A stretch of DNA of 64,000 nucleotides from Narcine bancroftii (GCF_036971445.1 NW_027211801.1:620001-684000), one strand, 5' to 3'; shown: positions 11,371-24,619, numbered from the stretch's first letter. Translations and numbers: made by a program. Notes: a model not told the origin generated them from the sequence alone.

Positions 11371-14300
11371 ACACAGACAGTGCCCTCCATCAGAGAACAT
11401 GACAGCACGGAAACAGGCCCTTCGGCCCTTCCAGTCTATGTAAACCATTTTATTTGTATGCTCCCATTGACCTGCACTCAGCCCACAGTCCTCCATACCC
11501 CTCACATCCAAGTATCTATCCAAATTCTTCTTAAATGTGAACATTGACCCCCCCTCCCATCCATGTCCCTTCCCACATTCACCACTTCAAATCATTCCAC
11601 ACTCCCACCAATCTCTATGTGAAGAATTTCCCCAGAACCTTTCCCCTTTCTCCCTTAACCTACGTCTTCTGGTCTCTATCTCACCTACCCTCAGTGGAAA
11701 TATCTTACCTACATTTATTCTGCAAAATCCCCATCATAATTTGAAATAGCTCCATTAAATCTCCCCTCATTCTTCTACAGACAAGGTAATAATTCCTAAC
11801 CTTGACCAAAACATCCCAACTCCTGTACTCAATACTTTGATTTATGAAGGTGAAAGTGCCAAAAGCTCACTTTATGCCCATATCCCTCTGTGATGCCACT
11901 TTGAAGGGATGATGTATCTGTATTCCCAGGACCCTCTGTTTACTGCACTCCTCAGTTGAGAATGTTTGGTATTAAGATGCTTTTTCCATTATTTGCCCCT
12001 GTTTTCCACAGTTTTCAATGTAATCCGATAATTCCCATGCAATTAAAGTGAAGATTCCAGATTTTATTCAAGGTTATTTTTACACATTTTGTTTTGACCA
12101 GGGAGAAATTACAGCCCTTAGTTGCGTCATTTCAGGGAACCATAAAATTTGGGACATTTGGCTTCACAGCTGTGTGTTAGAACTCAGGTGTATTTAATTG
12201 CTTCATTGGTGCAGGTACAAATGAGCGAGGCTTGCTCTAATCATTAGGAGTCTGTGGTTGCCATCTTTCTACACGAGGACCAAAGTTGAGCCAATGAAAG
12301 TTAAAGAAGCCGGTAAACCAGAATAAAACACTGAGAAACATCGTAAAACCTTAGTCTCCTGTGGACAGTCGTCATTGACGTATCCAGACTTGCCTCCTGA
12401 AGAGTGTTTCTGATCTATCCGACAGGAGTTTGTGGACTTTTCTTCATTCTGCTGAGATTTCTTCTGTCATCAAGAGTGGAGGTTTTCCTTGGTCGACCAG
12501 TCCCATTGCTATGACTGAGATCACCAGGACCCTATTTCTTTTTAATCATTCTGGTCATCCTAAGGTTTGGGCGATGTCCCTTACTGTTTTATTCTGGTTT
12601 TTCACCCTCACAGGTACTTCTTTGACTCTCATTGGCACATGTTTGTGACAATAAATCATGATTCTGGCTGATTTCTCTCCACAGGTACTACTTTGGTGCC
12701 AGCAACCCTCTATTTATTCATTTATTTATTTTGCAATTCATCAGGTGGCTTTTAACAATGTGGACATAATTAACAAAAAGATATCAACACTCTCAGTTCC
12801 AGCCATGTAAACTTTTCAGGAGTTCAGGGACTTGAATATTGGCCTTCAGTGTTGGAGGGATTGAATTTTGGAGCAGTCAGGTTGTGTTGTTCTGGTGAGG
12901 CTGCATCTGGAGAATTGCCCCAGTTCTCATCTCTTAACTTGAGTAAGGATTAATTGGTTCTGGAGGCGGTGAAGAGGAGATTCAGCAGGTTGGCCTTTGA
13001 AGTCATCTGGAATTGCACTCACTGGAATTTAGGTGAATGACAGTGGATCTAATAGAAATGTCTAAAATTATGAAAGGCATAGATAAGATAGAGGTAGGTA
13101 AGTTGTTTCCATTGGTGGGGAAAGATCAGAACATGGGCACTTAACGCAAGATTCAGGGGAGTAGAGTTGGGACATTGATTTGGAGGAACTCCCTTTCCCC
13201 GAGATTGGGGAATCTGTGGAATTCACTGCCCATTGAAGCATTCGAGGTGACTTCAGTAAATATATTGAAGGCAAAGTTGTGTACAATTTTACATAATAGG
13301 GGAATTAAGGGATTTGAGGAAAAGGCAGGTTGGTGGAGATGAGCCCATCATCAGTTCAGTCAAAAGGTTTGATGTATCTGGGACTTGTTCCCTCCTCCCT
13401 CACCCTCAGGCCTAGTCAGGCAATGGTTTCCAGGTTTGAAAAGACAGCTGCCTTTTGTGGTTCTCATTAGCTCCCTCTGGGACGCTGGCGGTGTTGTCCG
13501 AGCCTTTATTTAGCTGCCATTACACAAATCTACACTGTTTTTAATCATGCAGGCAGGTGTTGTGGTCACTTGGCTCTAGCAGTTGTTGAGAGGGCGGGGA
13601 GGAGACAGAAAGGGAGAGAGTGCTGATGTGGGGCAGCACGTTTATAATTCTGGAATCATTAATGCTCCACCATTTACTGCAAGGCTCTGGGTGAAGGTAT
13701 TAAAGATAAACATAACAGTTCTGAGGCCATTCAAGTACTGAACTTCAGTCCGGGAGCAAAGGCCGAGAGGGAGGCAGAAACAGCGGAAACTCGGTGTTAG
13801 GGACAGGACAGGGGCAGTGATTGCGTGGTTGTAATGGGCCGAAAAGCCATTAAAGTGGTAGCAGATTATTGCTTCTCAGACTGGAGGCTTGTGACTAGTT
13901 GTGTGTCTCAGGGATCAAGGCTGGACCCATTGCTGTTGGTTTTTCTTTGACTATTTGATTAAAAATTTTAAAACCACAACATTAAGTCAATAATGAATTT
14001 TACATATATATGCATATATATATAAGACAATACATGTGGTATATATACTAATCCCTACTCCCTCCCCAACACCCACCTCCCTTCCAATACTCTTCAGAAA
14101 GAAAGATGTCAGAGATTATGAATGAATATATGTTCAAATTAACCCCTGTGAAACCGAGTCCCACCAAGAGGACGAGCTGTTGAGAGCTGAAATTTTCAAA
14201 AACACTTGTTGTAAATATGGGCTCCATATTTATGGGCTCCTTAATATTTATCACTTAAATTCTAAGTTAACCTTTGAAGAGGAAAGCAAGATCTCATTTC

Positions 14301-15799
14301 AGTATGTTATCTCTGCATCCACAAATCTGTATCAGACTTCCAAGTAATAGCAAGTTGTAAAAATTCAATTTGATAAATGTTTTACCTTAATGTTAAACTA
14401 AACATTTTAATATATCCTAATAGAAATAACTTTTGGTCTAATGGAAGTTTAACCTTTAACACTTTCTCTCAACATGCTTTAATACATGGCCAAGTCGAGT
14501 GAACAAATGAACCTATGATGTCTCAAACATAATTCATAAGAAATTCAATTAAATATTTTTAATTTTTCAGGTGTTAAATATAATTGATCTAAAAAGTTAT
14601 ATTGTTCTAATCTGCATCTTGCATTGATGATTTTAGTCATATTATCTATACATAACATTCTCCAATCATCTTGATCTATTATCCTACCTAAATCAGTTTC
14701 CCACTTTAATCTTGATCTACAAATATCTGATTTAGACATTTTCCTTTGAAGTAATTTAGACATTTCTGAAATAAATTTCTTAATACTCTCTTTAGTAAGT
14801 AAAATTTCTACCTCAGACTGGCAAGGTAATCTTAAACTTTGACCTAATTTATCAATTAATAAAGTTTTAATGTGATAATAACAAAAAGGTATTATTTTTA
14901 GTTGAAAAGAAATATAATAACCAACTTCAAATCAACTTTCTATCATTTGAATCCCTATTTGATTCCTATCTTTATAAATTGATTATTAACAGTCAAAATA
15001 AAAAAAATTATTTTGATATAAAGTTGTTTTACATGAAATCTAACCTTTCCCACCTATTTCATAATCTATTTTATTCCATAATTCAATTAAAAATTTCAGT
15101 ATTAGTGGGTCCTTACTTCAATTAAAATTCCATTAATAAATCTGAACTGAGCAGCGTTATAATAATTTGGAAAAGTGGAAGCTGTAAAATGTCGCACTGC
15201 TAAAGGCAGAGCTGCTGAATTAAATGCTGTCCACACCAAGCACGTAAACCAGTATCTGCCATTTATTCAAACCACGCGCGTTCCTTTTTAGTGGGGGCGA
15301 GAGGGGCAACAGGCTCATGGGGGTGATGTCATAATGCAGATGTAAGGCCTGGTCATTCCCCTGGCAACGTGCTCCTGCAGCCTGGAACTTCAGTGCGGTG
15401 GGAATCAAGTCTCTGTGCTCTCCCGTGTTGGTTGTTTGCTGCAGTGATTTGGCCAGTCATGTGTGTGTTTGACCTGGCTCACTACAGGACCCTGTGATTG
15501 AAATTTCCAAATTAATTTCTCTAAGGAAATTCTTACCATTTTACCTTTCTAATTAAACAGATCCTTAAAATGTTTTGATGTATATTGTAAGGAATGGATT
15601 GAGAAAGATATTGAATGCTTGGGAAAATATTCATCTTGATATAATTCACTCTTCCTATTAAAGTGATAGGTAAATAATTCCATCTATTCAAATCATCTTT
15701 AATTTTATTAAATAATGGTAAATAATTCAACTAATATAAAATATCCAAATTTTATACATTTTAATTCCCAAATATTTAATTCCTTTCCCATATCACCAT

Positions 15800-17585
15800 A
15801 TGCACCAATTACAGTATGGAAACAGGTGATATCAGCCCCTCTCATCCACACCGATTTAAGTGATCTCTTCTTGTCCCACCCACCCACTCCCTGTCCAGAA
15901 CCCTCCAATCCCCTCACATCCAAGCACTCATTCAACCTTCTCTTAAATGACAACATTGGTCCTGCTGCAACCACTCAGCCCCCACTCTCTGAGTGAAGAA
16001 GCTTCCTCTCATGTTACTCCTAAACTTTTGCCCCCAACCCATAAATTATGACTCCTCGTTCCAATCTCACCGACCCTCAAGGGGAAGAGCCTATTCACAT
16101 CTACTCTGTCTGTCCCCATCATAATTTTAAATACCTCTATCAAATCCTCCCTCAACTTTCTATGCTCCGATGAATAAAGAGCCAGTCAACTCAATCATTC
16201 TTTGTATTCTAGATACTGCAATCCAGGCAACATTTTAGTAAATCTTCTCTGAACTCTCTCTATCTTATTGATATCCTTCCTATAATTTGGGGCCCACAAC
16301 TGCACACACTATTCCAAATTTGGCCTCACCAATGCCTTGAACAGTCTGTCTTGGGTAAACTTATACCTCTCATTTTGTTCGTTTTAGATTGGTCACAGTG
16401 TTTGAGCTACCGAAAGAATATAGACACACACACCGAGAGCAGTTCAGTTTATACAAATGTTTATTACAAATTCAAAAGCTGATTTCACACTACAATATGC
16501 AAGCCCTTCCCAACTATACTTATCAACGCTTGGACTGGTCCCAACTGCCGAAGTGAGGCAACGACTGCACACTTGTCGTTGGTTGTCAGGACGCCAGTAG
16601 CAACTTCTCCACCTCCCCTGACCGGGACGTTGGCTGGACTCCAGAATTTCTTCTTCTTGCTGAGAGATGTTGCCACCTCTCGGAGAGTCTCAAACTTCAG
16701 CAGCGGGACCATGACTTATATTACCCAAAAACTGCTTACCCAAGCACCTATTCCCAGCACAGCAAGAAAGATAAGCAAGCAAGCTAGCATGCTAGGCTTC
16801 TAACGAATAACATAACTTTCAGCTTATCACTTTGAATACAATGGTTTATTTTGCATCAAGGCAAGGCCTCTGACTGTCTGTGACCAAAACAAGCAGGAAG
16901 ATTAAATGTTCTTGGTACACAGATGTCCTTTCGTCGGATAACAGCATCTCTGGCCCTTTGGTGGAATTTAGCTTATGTCTGCTGAATCTAAAACACAAGC
17001 AGGTTCTCAGCCTTCCAGACCCCAGAGCTGCAAGTTTAAAAAAAACAGGTTAGAATCTTCCATTACACAGTCTTAATACCATCTCCCAGATCCTATATTC
17101 TCTGCTTTGATTTATAAAGGCCAGCATGCCAAAAACCATCTTTACCACCCTATTTACATGAGAATCCATTTTCAAAGAACAATGAAGCATTATTCCAAGA
17201 TCTCTTTGTTCCTCTGCATTCCTCAATGCCCTCCCCTTCACTGCATATTTCCTGTTTTGATTATTCTTCCCATAATGAAGTACTTCACACTTATCCATAG
17301 TAAACTCCATCTGCCATCTTTCAGCCCACTCTTCTAAACAGTCCAAATCCTTCTGCAGTTCCCAAAAACCCTATTTTTGTATCATCTTCATCTTTATTAA
17401 CCCCAATTTTCCACTCTATCATCTAAATCATTAAAATAAATGACGAACAGCAAGGGACCCAACAGCGAGCCCTGAGGCACACCACTCATCGCCAGCCTCC
17501 ATCCTGACAGACAGTTATCCACCAATACTCTTTGGTGTCTATCTTCAAGCCACTGTTGAACCCATCTGACTATCTCAACATTAAT
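15800..17585 (-). mobile_element. CR1 LINE fragment interrupted by the solo LTR
   Basis: SGVPQGSLLGPLLFVIYFNDLD and WAERWQMEF..DKCEVLHYG motifs. Confidence 0.8.
16347..17067 (-). mobile_element. Solo LTR inserted in a CR1 fragment
   Basis: TG...CA termini flanked by a 5-bp target-site duplication CAGTC (16342-16346 and 17068-17072). Minus-strand AATAAA near 16460. Confidence 0.8.
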
Positions 17586-17703
17586 ACCATTTAAATTGAA
17601 CCTTTTTTTGCATTGAGTATAATGCCCCTCAACCAAAAGCATAATTTCACTTTTATCTCAATTAATTTTATAACCTGTTATTTCACCATATTCCTTTAAT
17701 CTC

Positions 17704-20300
17704 TGTTGTGAACTGTGATTCACTATTAATGTGCTGTACTGACGACTGGTCCCACCTCCCTGCTCCTCCCCCTGTTACCTGTATCTAACCCTAGTTTCAC
17801 ACCTAAACCCAGAACCCAACTGAAGCCTATTCATGACCCCTACATGTGTTGTAATGTAATAAAAGTGTATGTTTTCCCTCCAGTCGAGTGTGAGCTTTTA
17901 TCTCCACGACAATTTTATTAGCTGACAAACAAGGATGGAGATGTTACTCAAGCCAAGTTTGCTGCTAATAGACCCCCAGTCTCCTGAATGTGGCTGTGGA
18001 GTTTTCATATTGGCTAGACTGCTTCCAGGCCTACCTGAACTCGGCCAGGGACATCTTCCATACAGACAAACTCTGGAGTTCAGTGGTCATGACAAGGGTA
18101 GGGACGAACGGGTACGTAGTCGTCCGAGATTTCCCGATGTACGAGCCCACCATCGAGGAGCTGAATGCCCACTACATAAAAGCCCGGAACGTGGACCTAG
18201 TGAGGCACTGGCTTGCCCTAAGACGCCAATGGCCCGGAGAGTCGATTGAGGACAACGTGCTGGTTATGCGGACACTGGCTAAGAAGAGCAGGTATGTGGC
18301 CACCTCAGGCCACATCTGGAAAGCTAAACAGATCCAGAACACTCTGGCCGTGGGGGTCCACGCCAGGCATGTGAGGCAGCAACTGCTTGAGTCAAGAAGG
18401 AAAAACATCATTAGCCATGTCACGCTGGCCAAATCTCTGGAACAGGTCAGTCTCGAGAACAATGTCCTCGTGGCCTACGAGATGGCTCTCTCGGGTGAGC
18501 ACCTCCAAGGACCGGATCCTCCCTCTAAAGGCAGCTGCCTCCTGAACCCAGGAGTGCTTTTTCTGCAACAAGGGACAGCATCCCGTTGCCTGCTGCCCAG
18601 CCAAAGACTTGCGTGCTCCAGCTGTGAGAAGAAGGGACATTGGGTGAGGGAGTGCCACACTAAGGGAGGTCCGGCTTCCAGTACCAAGACATCTGCCCTG
18701 GGCTCACCCAAGATTGCCTGCTGTGCATCCCGCTGCCTACAGAAATAGCGCAAAAATCAAGAATGACATCGAGAATGACAACATTTCTTTGTGGATGATT
18801 AAAATCTCCACAGAGAATTTTGGGCATCACCTACTGGCCAGGAAGCCCTTAACCACACACCAGATGCCTTGTCCAGGGAATGCTGTGCATCCGCATACAC
18901 CGGTCAACTGTGGACCTTACAGAATACGCTCTGCCACCCAGGGGTCACCCGCATGGCTCATTTGATCAAGTCCCGTAACTTTCCCTATGCAATGGAAAAC
19001 GTCAGGTCATGCCAGGTCTGCGCTGAGTATAAGTCACACTTTTATCACCCAGCAAAAGCACACCTGATCAAGTCATTCAGGCCCTTTGAACGGCTCAGTA
19101 TCAACTTTACAAGACCTTGCCTCTCCACGAACTGGAATATATGATTTCATTCATCGATGATTACTCCCACATCCCGGTCGCCATCCCGTGCTCAGGCACA
19201 CATGCTATGTCTGTTATGAAGGCCCTAGATTCTATTTTCAACCTGTTCAAGTGTCCCACCTATATTGATAGTGACAGGGGCTCAGCCTTCATCAGCGAGG
19301 AGCTGCCTCAGTTCCTGTTGGTGGGTGCATCATGTCCAAAAGGACAACTAGTTTCAACCCCCAGGGGAACGGGCAGGTTGAAAAAGAGAATGCCCCGATC
19401 TGGAAGGCTGTCAAACTTGCCCTGAAGCAAGAAGGCCTTCCAGACTCATGCTGGCAGGATGTCCTCCCCATCGCGCACCACTCCATTTGGTCGCTACTCT
19501 GCACTGCAAACAAACCTACTGCTCATGAGCTCACGTTTACATTCAACAGAAGGTCGACATCAGGGACTAAGCTCCCAGCTCGGCTCAGTAGTCCTGCTCC
19601 GGTCCTTTTCAAGAAGCACGTGAGGAGAAGCAAGACGTGAGGAGAAGTAAGGTGGAAAGGGTGAAATTGCTCCATGCCAACCCCACGTACGCATACATGC
19701 CGTACCTGGATGGTAGGGAAGACACCATCTCCATCAGGGACCAGACACCTGCTGGAACAGAGGATCCATTGCCTCAGAGGCCCCACAATCTACTGAGCTT
19801 TTTCTCCCCACCCCTGCTCGGGGCCTCACGGGACCTGGTTTTGTAGGAGAGTGAATCCACCTCCATTGTCGAGCTGGAGCCCTAGCCCACTCACCTTCCA
19901 TCACAGGCGGACCACGAGACTCAAAGACCCCATTACACCTCGGTGCTAAGGCACTTCAACAGGATCTCCAGAGCCCTAGACCTCCTCAATCTGGAAATAC
20001 TATCATAAATATTTCTCTTCTGTGTCTCTTCCTGGCTATTGATGCTTGTTCTCGTCATCCACAGACCCTTAATTCTGAAGGAAGGGGTGAATGTAGTGAA
20101 AAGGGATTCACTAGACGTGTGCTGTAGTGATGACTGGTCCTGCCTCCCAGCTCCTCCCCCTGGAGCCTGTATATAAACCCTGGTTTCCTGCCTAAACCCA
20201 GAACCTCACTGAAGCTTATTCGTGAACCCCACCTGTGTTGTCAGCTAATAAAACCATTTGTTTTCCCTCCAGTCGAGTGTGAACTTTAATCAACGCCACA
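17704..20300 (+). mobile_element. Internally deleted Gypsy/Ty3 LTR retrotransposon
   Basis: LTRs 17704-17911 and 20092-20300 (TG...CA, AATAAA), PPT GAAGGAAGGGGTGAA, gag with zinc knuckle CSSCEKKGHWVREC, integrase (IDSDRGSAF, PQGNGQVEK). No matching target-site duplication. Confidence 0.88.
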
Positions 20301-20481
20301 TGTGTTGAGGTGACTTTTCAAGGGTCAAACCTCATCTGGCTTAGGGGGATCTGAAGAATCTGTCTCCAGTGCTGTTTCTTGACAGTTTACTGACATCTTC
20401 TGTGCTCACGGACAAAATGAATTTTTTTAAAAATTCGCAAATCGAGAAATAAATGTCCCAAAATTTACTTGAGTTCACTAC

Positions 20482-20519
20482 TGGTAACGACCAATATCGT
20501 TCCAGGGTCGAACACTTAT
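20482..20519 (-). pseudogene. IgL: IgL cluster B unrearranged pseudo-J segment (*VFDPGTILVVT)
   Basis: Aligns to WVFGPGSTLIVT of gene A. It has TAA at the Trp codon, FGPG changed to FDPG, and a weakened donor (A|GTAGTG versus A|GTGAGT). The downstream intron sequence 20305-20480 matches 10400-10573. Confidence 0.88.
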
Positions 20520-20558
20520 CACTGTGCGATGTTCCAATAGAGAGGACCTCCTAAAATC
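20520..20558 (-). promoter_or_regulatory. J-type recombination signal sequence with 23-bp spacer (cluster B)
   Basis: Plus strand CACTGTG-23 nt-CCTAAAATC (nonamer 6/9 against ACAAAAACC), abutting the J segment. It is 12/23-compatible with the V-RSS and in deletional orientation. Confidence 0.82.
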
Positions 20559-21292
20559 TTCAATGCTCCAACAGGCCGTCTTCAGCACCAATCCCTGCAC
20601 TGTTCAGGCGAATCCACATTACAGAAGGAGACCTGAAAGCAAAAATCGAACCGGTCATATCACAAGTTAGGGGAAACATTCAGGTGTGTGCGGGAGAAAG
20701 AGTTAACTCTCAGACATTGGGAAGGCCAAATTTGGAGAATTACATGCATTTGGTCACCAAACTGCAGGAAAGACAACAATAACATTGGAAGGAGGTGGGC
20801 GGAGGATTTACACGGATGTTGCCATGTCTTGAGGAACTCAGTTACAGGGAAAGTTTAAATAGGTGAGGAGTGAAAAAGGAAAGTCTGCAGATGCAATGAT
20901 TGAAGTTGGAACAACGGTGGGGAAACTCAGCAGGTCAAGCATCAAATTTTATGTAGCAGAAATAGCCTGAGCCCTTCAACAAGGGTTGAGGGGGCGCACG
21001 GACAAAATGGTGAGGGGGCGGGGGTGGTGCAGGAATCTAAATAGGCAGGAGGTCAGAGGTGGATAAGGGAGGGAGGGCACATCAGCCAACAAGGGGAGGG
21101 GGGATGGGTCTGTAAATGGGGAGGGAAAGGAGGTGGAGAGCTGGAGGGAAGGGGAGAGGGAGATGGGGAAGAGAGGGAGAATGGGGAGTCGCTAGTAGTG
21201 GGTGGTCAATCGGCCAGGCAGGCAGGAGAAAGAATCCTGGTGATGGATGTGCGGGCACTGACAAGAAATCTAAATCTCAGGCCACCCCAGAG

Positions 21293-21320
21293 GGTTTTTG
21301 TAAAGTGCGTTCTCAATGTG
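21293..21320 (-). promoter_or_regulatory. V-type recombination signal sequence with 12-bp spacer (cluster B)
   Basis: Minus strand CACATTG-AGAACGCACTTT-ACAAAAACC: heptamer 6/7, spacer exactly 12, nonamer 9/9. It is preceded by CCAGCAAAGGT, which resembles the V 3' end of gene A (TCAGCAAATGC). Confidence 0.92.
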
Positions 21321-21377
21321 ACCTTTGCTGGAGGGGTCAGGTTATAATAAATGGGGAATGGCCCCCTGACTTCTCAC

Positions 21378-21426
21378 CTGGAATCCAGACCATCATAGAC
21401 CACAGGAGATGCGGCGCAGAGATCAT
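21378..21426 (-). pseudogene. IgL: IgL cluster B leader exon (MISAPHLLWSMMVWIP-G), intact but with no V exon downstream
   Basis: Paralog of leader A with ATG at 21426 and donor CCAG|GTGAGA. Only 57 nt separate the donor from the V-RSS heptamer. Confidence 0.88.
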
Positions 21427-22419
21427 TGGTCCAGACAGGCGAAGACAAAGCTGCGCGATTGGGTTCCTCAAACTCCCGGAGCCAATCCGGTTCTAGCGTG
21501 TGCAAAGCGGCTCCGGAGGCTCTGTTTATGAAGGGATGCCCATGAGGGAGAGGTGTCAGGAGAACGCCGTGGGGTGGAGAATCACCTAATCTGGTTGTGA
21601 TCCCTGAAATAATCAGATTTGTTCTCAGGTCACATACATGATATAACACAAACTTTCTCCTGCAGGAGAGAGGGATAATTACCACTAATTAGCCAGAGAC
21701 AGACAGTGCCCTCCATCAAAGAACATTACAGACAAAACAGGCCCTTCAGCCCATTTAGTCTGTGTCGAACAATGTTACTGCCTAGTCCCACTGACATGCA
21801 CCCCACCCATAGCCATCCATACCCCTCCCATCTAGGTACCTGTCCAAATACTTCTAAAATGTGAACATTGAGCCTGCATTCACCACTTAAGCTGACACCT
21901 CATTCCACACTCCCACTGCTCTCTGTGTGAAGTTCACCCAAATCTTTTCCCCTTTCTCCCTTAACCCATGTCCTCTGGTCTATATCTCACTTCCCCTCAC
22001 GGGAAAATCCTGCCTATATTTACTCTGTCTATCTCCCTCATAATTTTAAATACCTCTATCAAATCTCCATTCATTCTTCTACATTCCATGGAATAAAGTC
22101 CTAACCTGTTTAACCTTTACTTGTACGTCAGTTCCTGAAGTTGGGGCAACTTCCTAGTAAATCTTCTCTGCTCTCTTTCAATCTTTGTGATAACTTTCCT
22201 GTAGTTTGGTGATCAAAACTGCACACAATGCTCCAGATTTGGTCTCACCAATATCTCATAGAACTTGACCAAAACGTCCCAACTCCTGTTCTTAATACTT
22301 CAATTTATGAAGGTCAAGATTCCAAAAGCTCTCTTTACGCCCCTATACCCCCGTGATGCCATGTTCAGACAATGATGTATCTATATTCTCAGGTCCCTCT
22401 GTTCTCCCCCACTCTTCAG

Positions 22420-23150
22420 TTTAGGATGTTTGGAACTAAGATGGTTTTTTCCTTTAATTACATGTGAATTGTCTGATTTCAAGTTGAAAACTGAGGAGAA
22501 CAGCAACAAATAAAGTCCACATTCCACTTTATATTCAAGGTTATTTGTACACAGTTTGGTTTGACCATGGAGAAATTACAGCCCTTTTTATCCATAGTCC
22601 CGTCATTTCAGCGAACCATAACGTTTGGGACATTTGGCTTCACCGCTGTTTGTGAGAACTCAGGTGTGTTTAATTGCTTCATTGGTGCAGGTATAAGTGA
22701 GCGAGACTTGCTCTAAGCGTTTGGAGTCTGTGGTTGCCATCTTTCTACACGAGGACCAGAGTTGAGCAAATGAAAGTGAAAGAATCCATTATGAGGCTGG
22801 AAAACCAGAATAAAACAGTGAGAGACATCGTCAAACCTTAGTCTCCGGAGGACAGTCGCCATGACGTATCCACACCTGTTTCCTGAAGAGTGTTTCTGAT
22901 CGGTCCGACAGGAATTTGGGGAATCTTCTTCATTCTGCTGAGATTTCTTCTGTCATAAACAGTGGAGATTTTCCTTGGTCGACCAGTCCCATTGCATCGA
23001 CTGCGATCACCTGGGTCCTCTTTCTTCTCAATGATGTTCCAAACAGTTGATTTTGGTCATTCTGAGATTTGGGCGACGTCCCTTACTGTTTTATTCTGGT
23101 TTTCCACCCTCACAGGTACTTCTTTGACTCGGATTGGCATGTTTGTGCCA
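22420..23150. mobile_element. Tc1/mariner-like DNA transposon remnant with internal inversion (paralog about 11960-12650)
   Basis: N-terminal transposase-like segment (MKVKESIMRLENQNKTVRDI) appears once on each strand. Confidence 0.55.
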
Positions 23151-24619
23151 ATAAATCCTGATTCTGATGGATTTATCTCCACAGATGCTACTTGGCTGGC
23201 TGAGTCCTTCCAGTAACCCTTCACTTTTATTTATTTTGCTTTTCATAAGATGGCTTTTAACAACGTGGACATAATTAAAGAAAGGAAATCAGCACTGGCG
23301 TTTCAGCCATGGATACATTGCAGGAGTTCAGGGACTAGAATCTTGGCCTTCAGTTCTGGATGGATTGAATTTAGTGGCAGGCAGATTGTGCTATAACTGT
23401 AAAAAGTCCTGCTCAGGCTGCATCTGGAGAACTGCAGCAGTTCTGGTCTCCTTACCTGAGGAAGGATGTACTGGCTTTAAAGAGGTGCAGAGGACATTCA
23501 CCAAGTTGATTCCAGAGATGAAGGGGTTGGCCTATGAAGAGAGAATGAGTCGTCTGTGTAAGCACTTGCTGGAATTTAGAAGAATGGGATGGGATCTTAC
23601 AGAAATATATAAAATCATGAAATGTATAGATAAGATAGAGGTTGGTGAGTTGTTCCCATTGGTGAGGGAGACCAGAACGAGGGGACTTTGCCTCAAGATT
23701 CAGGGGAGTAGCTTTAGGATGGAGATGAGGAGGAACTGCTATTCCCAGATGGTGGGGAATCTGTGGAATTCGCTGCCTATTGAAGCATTCCAGGCAACCT
23801 CAGTAAATATATTGAAGGCAAGGTTGTTTTGATTTTTACATAGTAGGTGAATTAAGGGATATGGTAAAAGGCAGGTCAGTGTAAATGAACCCATCATCAG
23901 GTTAGAGAAAAGGCATGATGTATCTGGAAATTGTTTCTCCTCCCTCACCCTCAGGCCTAGACAGACAATGGCTCCCATGGTCGAGAAGACAGCTGCATTC
24001 TGTGGTTCTCATTAAATCCCTCTGGGGACCTCAGCGGTGTTGCCCAAGCCTTTACTTAGCTGCCATTACACAAATCAACAATGTTTCTAATTCTGCAGGC
24101 AGGTTTTGTGGTCACTGGGCCCCAGCAGTTGGTGAGGGGGGAGGGGAGGAGGCAGGAAGGGAGGGAGAGCTGATGTGGGCTGTGTGTTTATACTTTTGCA
24201 AATATTAATGCTCCACCATTTACTGCGAGGCTCTGGATGAAAGTATTAAAGATAAACATTGCAGTCTGGAGATAAACACATCAGAATAAAGTACTGAGAT
24301 TCAGTCTGGGAGCAAAGGCCGAGAGGGCGGCAGAAACAACGGGTAGTCGGTGTAAGAGACAGGGCAGTGGGCACTGAGGGTTGTAATGGGACAAAAGGCC
24401 ATTAAAGTGGTAGCAGATTATTGCTTCTCAATGCGGAGGCTAGTGGTATGTCTCAGGGATCAGGGCTGGGGCCAGTGCTGCTTGGTTTTATTAATTTTTT
24501 ATTTAAAAGTTTAAAATCACAACTTTCAATCAATAATGAATTATATATATATGATAATACATGTGGTGTATATACCAATCCCTCACTCCTTCCTCCCTTT
24601 GAGCCCCCACCCCTTGACC

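Larger units (their letters stand above)
10400..14090. repeat. Direct segmental duplication unit (copy A); the partner is about 20305-24610
   Basis: Collinear homology through J intron, leader, promoter, CR1, Tc1 remnant, CR1, a unique block and an L1 tail. Roughly 80% identity by eye. Confidence 0.9.
20305..24610. repeat. Direct segmental duplication unit (copy B)
   Basis: Collinear with 10400-14090 and shares its TE junctions. Confidence 0.9.

Noticed and set aside
13355-13860. Conserved upstream enhancer shared by clusters A and B
   Set aside because: Similarity does not look higher than in adjacent duplicated TE sequence. E-box and octamer-like words are not shared convincingly.
20520-21320. 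RSS-bounded segment as a fresh RAG/Transib transposon insertion into a joined gene
   Set aside because: There is no 4-5-bp target duplication (AAGGT versus ATAAG) and no transposase. It has the ordinary V-12 / 23-J layout.
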